Below are positions 58,449 through 64,000 of a DNA stretch of 64,000 bases, in pieces. The DNA lies in the NCBI GenBank assembly GCA_048886685.1, contig JBHLKM010000008.1, forward strand, positions 32,001-96,000. The letters are read 5' to 3'. The first letter of the stretch is position 1, and each line of letters starts with the position of its first letter. This stretch comes from Candidatus Hodarchaeota archaeon. Its GTDB lineage: Archaea; Asgardarchaeota; Lokiarchaeia; Sigyniarchaeales; SOKP01. The notes beneath the pieces were generated by a model. That model did no database searches, was not told the DNA's origin, and worked only from the letters and a program-made list of their open reading frames with translations. Made by a program: the position numbers and the translations under genes.

Positions 58449-59003
58449 TTATTTTGATTTAAAGATGATAGAAGGTTTATATTGTTCATTAAATTGAAAT
58501 CCCTCAGCCTTCACATTTTTACCATATTTTTGTTGTAATTCTTCCATCGGTCCTACGTCTAAAGCATACATCGGACAAGATTCAACACAAATAGTTTGTT
58601 TACCTCTCTCTAATCTCTCTAAACAGAGATTGCACTTTCTCATTTTTGCATTTTTATTATCTTTAAATTGAGGAGCGTCCCAAGGACACACTTTTAAACA
58701 TTTTGCCCCACATTCACGTTTGCCTAAGCATAATTTTTCATCCATTACAACTATACCATCTTTATCTCTTTTTGATATTGCATTAACTGGACATGCTTTA
58801 ATGCATGGTGGGTTACCACAATGATTGCAAGCCATCGCGAGATAACTAAGAGATAGGTTTGGAAACTTTCCTTTTTCAATTGGAATTATACGCATCCAAT
58901 TTTCTGGTCCTGCTTCAATATCGTACCAGTCTTTACAAGCAACCGAGCAGGTATAACAACCAGTACATCTTGTTTGATCGAAATAAAATCCCAATTGTTT
59001 CAT
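58449..59003 (-). CDS. DMSO reductase-type iron-sulfur subunit (DmsB-like)
   Basis: GFYFDQTRCTGCYTCSVACKD, CNHCGNPPC, KCNLC, CVESCP; ATGA overlap with the upstream gene. Confidence 0.92.
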   Translation of the reverse strand: MKQLGFYFDQTRCTGCYTCSVACKDWYDIEAGPENWMRIIPIEKGKFPNLSLSYLAMACNHCGNPPCIKACPVNAISKRDKDGIVVMDEKLCLGKRECGAKCLKVCPWDAPQFKDNKNAKMRKCNLCLERLERGKQTICVESCPMYALDVGPMEELQQKYGKNVKAEGFQFNEQYKPSIIFKSK

Positions 59004-61297
59004 GACGCCCCCTCCGATTCTTTTTTAGAAAATAATTCCACTTGTACCAGAGCACTATTCATAGGAAAAGCACCACCAGGAGACCGTGAATCTTTGGTTA
59101 AAACATTTCCACAGCCTCCGAGGTCAACTCCTTTTTCATCAGGATTATACCATGCACCTTGATAAATAACAACTGCTCCAGGTATAACTCTTTCTGTAAC
59201 TTTCGCAGGAATCCTTACCCGACCCCTGTCATTAAAAATATCAACTAAATCCCCATATTCAATGCTTCTTGATTCAGCATCTATGGGATTTATCCATACC
59301 ATATGTGGTTCCACTTCCTCTAACCATGGAATCATACTTAAACTTGAATGGGTTCTCCTCTTATTATGAGGAGTCAGTAGTTGCAAAGGATATTTTTTGG
59401 CTAAAAAAGCATCATAATGTTCCTCATGACTTAAGTATTTAGGAATAGGAGGCATATTAGGGATGTCTAATTCTGCTATATGTTCACAATATATCTCAAT
59501 TTTTCCCGATAAGGTAGGGAAGGGATTATTCTCTGGATCTACTATTTGCTCTCTAAATGCAACAAAAGGTTCCTCCACTTTTACTTTATAAAATCCATCT
59601 CTTTTCATCTCATCATAACTCTTTATATCCTTACGAGGGGAACTAAACATGCGTAAAATTTGATCTTCTGATAAATTTAATAAACCAGGATCAACACCCA
59701 ATTTTGGTGCCAAAGCCTTACATATCTCTAAATCCGATTTTGAATCATATAGAGAACCAATTGCTTTATTTAAATAGATATAATAAGGGGATCCGAGCCA
59801 AGGTACAGCTATGTCATTACGTTCCATAAATGTATTTACTGGTAATAAAATGTCTGCAAACTTAGCAGTCGGAGTCATAAATTGTTCCAGAACTACAATG
59901 AACTCAAGAGACTTTAATGCTTTTACACCTTTATTAACATTGCAATATTGATTTAAACGATTTTCAGCGACAATGTACGCCATTTTTAAATCAGCGGGAA
60001 ATCCACCTTTTTTCCCTTGCAATATTGCATCATAGTATTCATTAAAATGAATACGAGTACTTACAGGATTAGTTCCTCCTCTCAATTTATATAGCGCATC
60101 TTTACGAGGAGGTGCCCTGAAGTCTACTGGATTTCCTCTAGGAGTTTGTTTCTTCTCCATTTCATTCTTTTCTTCTTGTTTTATAGGTCCTGATTTTTTC
60201 CTACCCGCTGAACCCACACTCTCTCTACTATAATATGCACGCATGAAACCGGAAGCATATCCGCCATTAATACCGATATTTCCAGTAATAGCGCATAACA
60301 CATTAGCAGCTCTGGAATATTGTTCTCCCAATGCGGTTCTAGCGGGACCCCATCCCGCCATAAGTGCAGCTGCCTTATTTGTAGCATACTCTCTTGCTAA
60401 GTTTATTATCATTTCTGCTGGTACTTTGGTAATCTCCTCCGCCCACTCTGGTGTTTTAGGAATCCCATCCTCATCTCCCATTATATAAGCCTTATATTTA
60501 TCAAATCCGACTGTGTATTTGTCAATGAAGTCCTGATCTTGAAGATTCTTAGTGATAATTACATATGCCATTGCACTAAGCATTGCAGCGTCAGTACCTG
60601 GTCGAATTGGTATCCATTGTTCTGCTAGAACAGCAGCAGAATCAGTAAAGATTGGATCGATATTTATAATTTTTATACCTTTTTCTCTCGCTTTCGCTAA
60701 CATTAAAGGTGTGCCTGGATCCCAAATAGTGCTAGCTGGATTCCAGCCCCACATGATGATGAGTTTAGAATTGAGTAAATCTTCACGAGCATTTCCAGTC
60801 ATCATGGTTCCATAAGTTGCCATAGACGCAAAGAGGGCCCCTTCATAGGAGGGTGCGCCCCACATTCGAGTGTATCCTCCAAATTGATTAAGCATTAAAC
60901 CTGAAGGTGTCACCCCATGGAGCATACCTTGATTTCCGGCACCGGGAACTAATAATATAGAAGAATTTCCATATTTCTCTTTAATTTCTTTCATTTTATT
61001 TGCTACTATATCCAATGCTTCATCCCATGATATTCTTTCAAATCTACCCTCACCACGTTCTCCAATACGACGCATGGGATATTTTAACCTATCTGGGTGA
61101 TAAACTTTTTGTCTGTATGCCCTTCCACGTAGACAAGCTCGTAATTGGGGTTCTTCCCCATTATCTGTTTCAAAACGTATTATCTTGCCGTCCTTAACAT
61201 GGGCTTTAAGAGTACAGCGACCTCCACAATCATGACAACAACCAGTATTAATTATTTTGATCTCGCTATCTTCTGATTTGATATTATTCTCACTCAT
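59000..61297 (-). CDS. Molybdopterin oxidoreductase, DmsA-like catalytic subunit, no Tat signal
   Basis: CCHDCGGRC...ACLRG Fe-S motif, RLKYPM, IRPGTDAAM, TLSGKIEI, RTHS, molybdopterin dinucleotide-binding C-terminus. Confidence 0.92.
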   Translation of the reverse strand: MSENNIKSEDSEIKIINTGCCHDCGGRCTLKAHVKDGKIIRFETDNGEEPQLRACLRGRAYRQKVYHPDRLKYPMRRIGERGEGRFERISWDEALDIVANKMKEIKEKYGNSSILLVPGAGNQGMLHGVTPSGLMLNQFGGYTRMWGAPSYEGALFASMATYGTMMTGNAREDLLNSKLIIMWGWNPASTIWDPGTPLMLAKAREKGIKIINIDPIFTDSAAVLAEQWIPIRPGTDAAMLSAMAYVIITKNLQDQDFIDKYTVGFDKYKAYIMGDEDGIPKTPEWAEEITKVPAEMIINLAREYATNKAAALMAGWGPARTALGEQYSRAANVLCAITGNIGINGGYASGFMRAYYSRESVGSAGRKKSGPIKQEEKNEMEKKQTPRGNPVDFRAPPRKDALYKLRGGTNPVSTRIHFNEYYDAILQGKKGGFPADLKMAYIVAENRLNQYCNVNKGVKALKSLEFIVVLEQFMTPTAKFADILLPVNTFMERNDIAVPWLGSPYYIYLNKAIGSLYDSKSDLEICKALAPKLGVDPGLLNLSEDQILRMFSSPRKDIKSYDEMKRDGFYKVKVEEPFVAFREQIVDPENNPFPTLSGKIEIYCEHIAELDIPNMPPIPKYLSHEEHYDAFLAKKYPLQLLTPHNKRRTHSSLSMIPWLEEVEPHMVWINPIDAESRSIEYGDLVDIFNDRGRVRIPAKVTERVIPGAVVIYQGAWYNPDEKGVDLGGCGNVLTKDSRSPGGAFPMNSALVQVELFSKKESEGAS

Positions 61298-61403
61298 ATC
61301 TATTTCATTCTCTATAAAATATTAATTACACAAAAATTTGGTATTACTTTAATTGTTATCGAGAAATTTTAAAAACAAATTTTATAATTACTTTATAACA
61401 TTT

Positions 61404-62717
61404 TTAAGACCCTATTAGATACATTAATCCTTCGGGGAGATGTTCTCGCCATGCAATATATTCATGTCCACCAGGATATTCTTCATAATAATGCTCATAT
61501 CCTTTTGTCAGGAGCATTTCACGAAATCTTTGGACCGAAGGCATAGTTCGAGTTTCAAGATTTCCCACGTTTACATAGAACTTTAACGGCAACTTTTCAC
61601 TTTTATAAAACTGCCTAATTATCCAATACGGTTCTTGTTCATCTTCCTTGTTCCACCATCGAACAAAATCATTTCCATAATAATAACGCATTCGCTGGAA
61701 AAATATATTTCCTGGAAACCAGCCATAAAATCCTGATTGTGATAAAATGTTTCTAAAAGTATTTGGGTATGAATATCCAATAAAAGCTGCTGCTAAGGCA
61801 CCAGAACTACTTCCCATTAATACTGCTTTGTTAGGATCAGAGGAAATATGATAATTTTGTCTAGCCCATGATACCAGTTCTTTAGCAATAAAATCTGCGA
61901 AGGGGGGATAGCAGTCTAAATCCTTTCCTCTTTGGAAACCACTGTAATTATGAATGAAAACAGCCACTAGGGGGGGAATTTTATTTTGAGCTATTAAATT
62001 ATCAAATATTATAGGGGATTGGGTAAAGTTAAGAAATGCCTTACCATCAAAAATTACTAAGAAATGATATTTTTCCTTAGTTTTTGTAAAATTAGGAGGA
62101 GTATATATCCAAATCTTACGAGTCATGTTTAATAATTTACTATAAATTTCAAGTTCCTCTACTCTTCCCGATGGTATATCATCGTTTTTTAACGTCCATA
62201 TACGAGGTTTTGTATCTGGCATTTCTAAAACAGAATATTCAATTTCAATCCGTTTTCCTTCTCTGTTATATCTTTGATAAAAATTTTTAGGGTTGAAAGG
62301 ATCAGGAGAACAGGTATGCCAATTAAGGATTATATTATCATAGAATCGATTATACCTTAGATTATTGTTCTTGCTGATACTATATATGGTACGAGTTCCA
62401 TTAAGCACTTTAAAAGTCTTATAGAAAAGATTAGTGTTTTCAATTTGTTCACAGACGTTATTTGTCAATACATCATCTTGATTTGCTAATGCTGTTATTA
62501 TTACTGCATTCTTAGTATCCTTTGATCCTTGAACAACAAAGGTTACAAGCTTGTAATTTTCATTATCTTCAAACGGCTCAATTATAGGTGTTCCCGTTTG
62601 TTTAATTTTTTCCCAAAATTCATTCAACGAGGATCTATTACCTTCAATTAAATCCTGTTCGAGTTTAGATATTATAGGGCTAGAAAAATAGTTTTTTCTT
62701 AACATTTTATCATACAA
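61404..62717 (-). CDS. Enterochelin esterase (Fes)-like alpha/beta hydrolase
   Basis: N-terminal FWEKI..GTPIIE (DUF3327-like), IWIYTPP, FDG, GSSSGA, YPGGHEY. Confidence 0.85.
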   Translation of the reverse strand: MYDKMLRKNYFSSPIISKLEQDLIEGNRSSLNEFWEKIKQTGTPIIEPFEDNENYKLVTFVVQGSKDTKNAVIITALANQDDVLTNNVCEQIENTNLFYKTFKVLNGTRTIYSISKNNNLRYNRFYDNIILNWHTCSPDPFNPKNFYQRYNREGKRIEIEYSVLEMPDTKPRIWTLKNDDIPSGRVEELEIYSKLLNMTRKIWIYTPPNFTKTKEKYHFLVIFDGKAFLNFTQSPIIFDNLIAQNKIPPLVAVFIHNYSGFQRGKDLDCYPPFADFIAKELVSWARQNYHISSDPNKAVLMGSSSGALAAAFIGYSYPNTFRNILSQSGFYGWFPGNIFFQRMRYYYGNDFVRWWNKEDEQEPYWIIRQFYKSEKLPLKFYVNVGNLETRTMPSVQRFREMLLTKGYEHYYEEYPGGHEYIAWREHLPEGLMYLIGS

Positions 62718-62788
62718 TAAGAATTATAAAAACGAATAGTATAGAAATATAATTAGATTTCTTTAATTCAAGAAGAATGAAAAAGTTT

Positions 62789-62879
62789 TCTAATCGTAAG
62801 GTTAGATTTATGATGATATAAGAAGCTTTGATATAAAAATTAGATAATTATATCCAACTGAGGGTTTTTTTTTTTTTTT
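62789..62879 (+). ncRNA. Candidate small RNA (GNRA hairpin, C/D-box-like module, T15 tract)
   Basis: TCTAATC-GTAA-GGTTAGA hairpin; ATGATGA at 62810-62816 and CTGA at 62858-62861; T15 at 62865-62879. Confidence 0.3.
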
Positions 62880-63018
62880 ATTCTTTGAGCAAGAATTTTT
62901 TTGTTTAGTAAAATTTTTTTTCTTAATTTATTTTTGTATTCTAACTATTAATCAATCAATTTATTTCTAAGGAAAAGAAATTATAGAATTTCATACTTCT
63001 CAAATAATCCTACCAATT

Positions 63019-64000
63019 ATGATAAAAACAATTCCAGATAAAATTCCTGAGCCGATAGTGGCAAACTTAGAAAAAGGAATTTATGACAAGATTATTTTAT
63101 TCGCCCTAGCGGTTTTTGGATCTCATAAATTAAAGGAACTTATAAATGATCCTAGCAAATCTATAGAAAATAGGATGGATAATACAATCTTCTATCAGTG
63201 GGCAGAAAAATTAAAAGAGGAGCAGTTTATAGAAGAGTTTGACTTAGATGGCGAGTCAAATTTTCGAATCACTTCTAAAGGTGAAGATGAATTACTAAAC
63301 TATGTAGAAAAATTAGGGATTTTAAAAATACTTGAGGAGACTATTGGTCCAATTGAAAAAGATAAAGAATTGTCTTCTAAATCTATTTCTGGTTATAGAA
63401 TTACATATAAAGATTATATTTTTGGCTTACTATCATTATTTTGGCGTATAGATTCATTTTTTATTGAAAAGGAATTCGAAAAAATAGGACCAGATAAAAA
63501 AGTGTCTCTTGGAAAGTGTTTAGAGCGAAATGCAATAAAATTTCCAAATAACAAAGCTCTTCTCTATGAGGAACAAGAATATACATATAAAGAACTAAAT
63601 GAATGGATCAATCGATATGCGAACTATTTTCTCTCTTTAGGTGTAAAAAAAGGAGAAGTAATTAATATCTTCTTAGAAAATAGACCTGAATTGATGTTTT
63701 TAATGGCAGCAATGTCAAAAATAGGTACAATAGGTTCTTTAATAAATACAAGACAACGGGCAGTAACACTTCGGCATAGTTTGAAACTAAATCAAGTGAG
63801 AATTTATGTTATCGGAGAGGAACTTATAGATGCTTTTGAAGAAGTAAAGGGGGATCTGGAATTATCACCAGAAGATAAGCTTTATTATGTTATGGATAAA
63901 GGTCAAAGAGATATACCAGAAGGATATATTGACTTTAAAGCTCAAATAAAGAATCAAACCGTTTTAAATCCTCTAACCACAGCCAATATATTAGGAAAAG
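63019..64000 (+). CDS. Long-chain acyl-CoA synthetase (FATP-like) with N-terminal winged-helix-like extension, truncated by window end
   Basis: Not in ORF track. Open frame from ATG 63019: MIKTIPDKIPE...FRITSKGEDEL...SLGKCLERNAIKFPNNKALLYEEQEYTYKELNEWINRYANYF...FLENRPE...KIGTIGSLINT. Confidence 0.85.
   Translation, partial: MIKTIPDKIPEPIVANLEKGIYDKIILFALAVFGSHKLKELINDPSKSIENRMDNTIFYQWAEKLKEEQFIEEFDLDGESNFRITSKGEDELLNYVEKLGILKILEETIGPIEKDKELSSKSISGYRITYKDYIFGLLSLFWRIDSFFIEKEFEKIGPDKKVSLGKCLERNAIKFPNNKALLYEEQEYTYKELNEWINRYANYFLSLGVKKGEVINIFLENRPELMFLMAAMSKIGTIGSLINTRQRAVTLRHSLKLNQVRIYVIGEELIDAFEEVKGDLELSPEDKLYYVMDKGQRDIPEGYIDFKAQIKNQTVLNPLTTANILGK

Noticed and set aside
86-61197. Numerous short ORFs in the track overlapping long genes (e.g. 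86-346, 34030-34434, 40842-41375, 44491-45042)
   Set aside because: Antisense or alternate-frame shadows of well-supported genes with no recognisable motifs

Overview
AT-rich, gene-dense archaeal chromosomal segment, most likely from an Asgard archaeon (Lokiarchaeia-like). That assignment is an inference from GGTGA-type ribosome-binding sites, oligo-T terminators, TPR+longin-like and longin-like proteins, and heavy expansion of lipid-catabolism paralogues. The window is dominated by a lipid/ester catabolic island: five acyl-CoA ligases (two truncated by the window edges), an SCP2 domain protein next to an SCPx-type thiolase, enoyl-CoA hydratase, 3-hydroxyacyl-CoA dehydrogenase, PaaI thioesterase and six serine hydrolases. 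It also holds two non-canonical Old Yellow Enzyme/DCR-type reductases and five paralogous FAD-linked oxidoreductases with an unusual HYW(L/M)GE motif, associated with two CCG-domain Fe-S partners. Embedded modules are a VapBC-type pair, a decayed nucleoside hydrolase, a DsrEFH/TusDCB operon, a MarR(CCC)-methyltransferase-arsM locus with visible palindromic operators, a cytoplasmic DmsAB-like molybdoenzyme, several eukaryotic-signature-like proteins (longin, tandem GRAM/PH + zinc ribbon) and a zinc ribbon-HEPN-like protein. There is also a ~116-nt strongly structured intergenic element (34642-34757) that looks like an unannotated ncRNA. No rRNA, tRNA, CRISPR array or transposase was recognised. 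All calls are from motif reading only; no searches were run.
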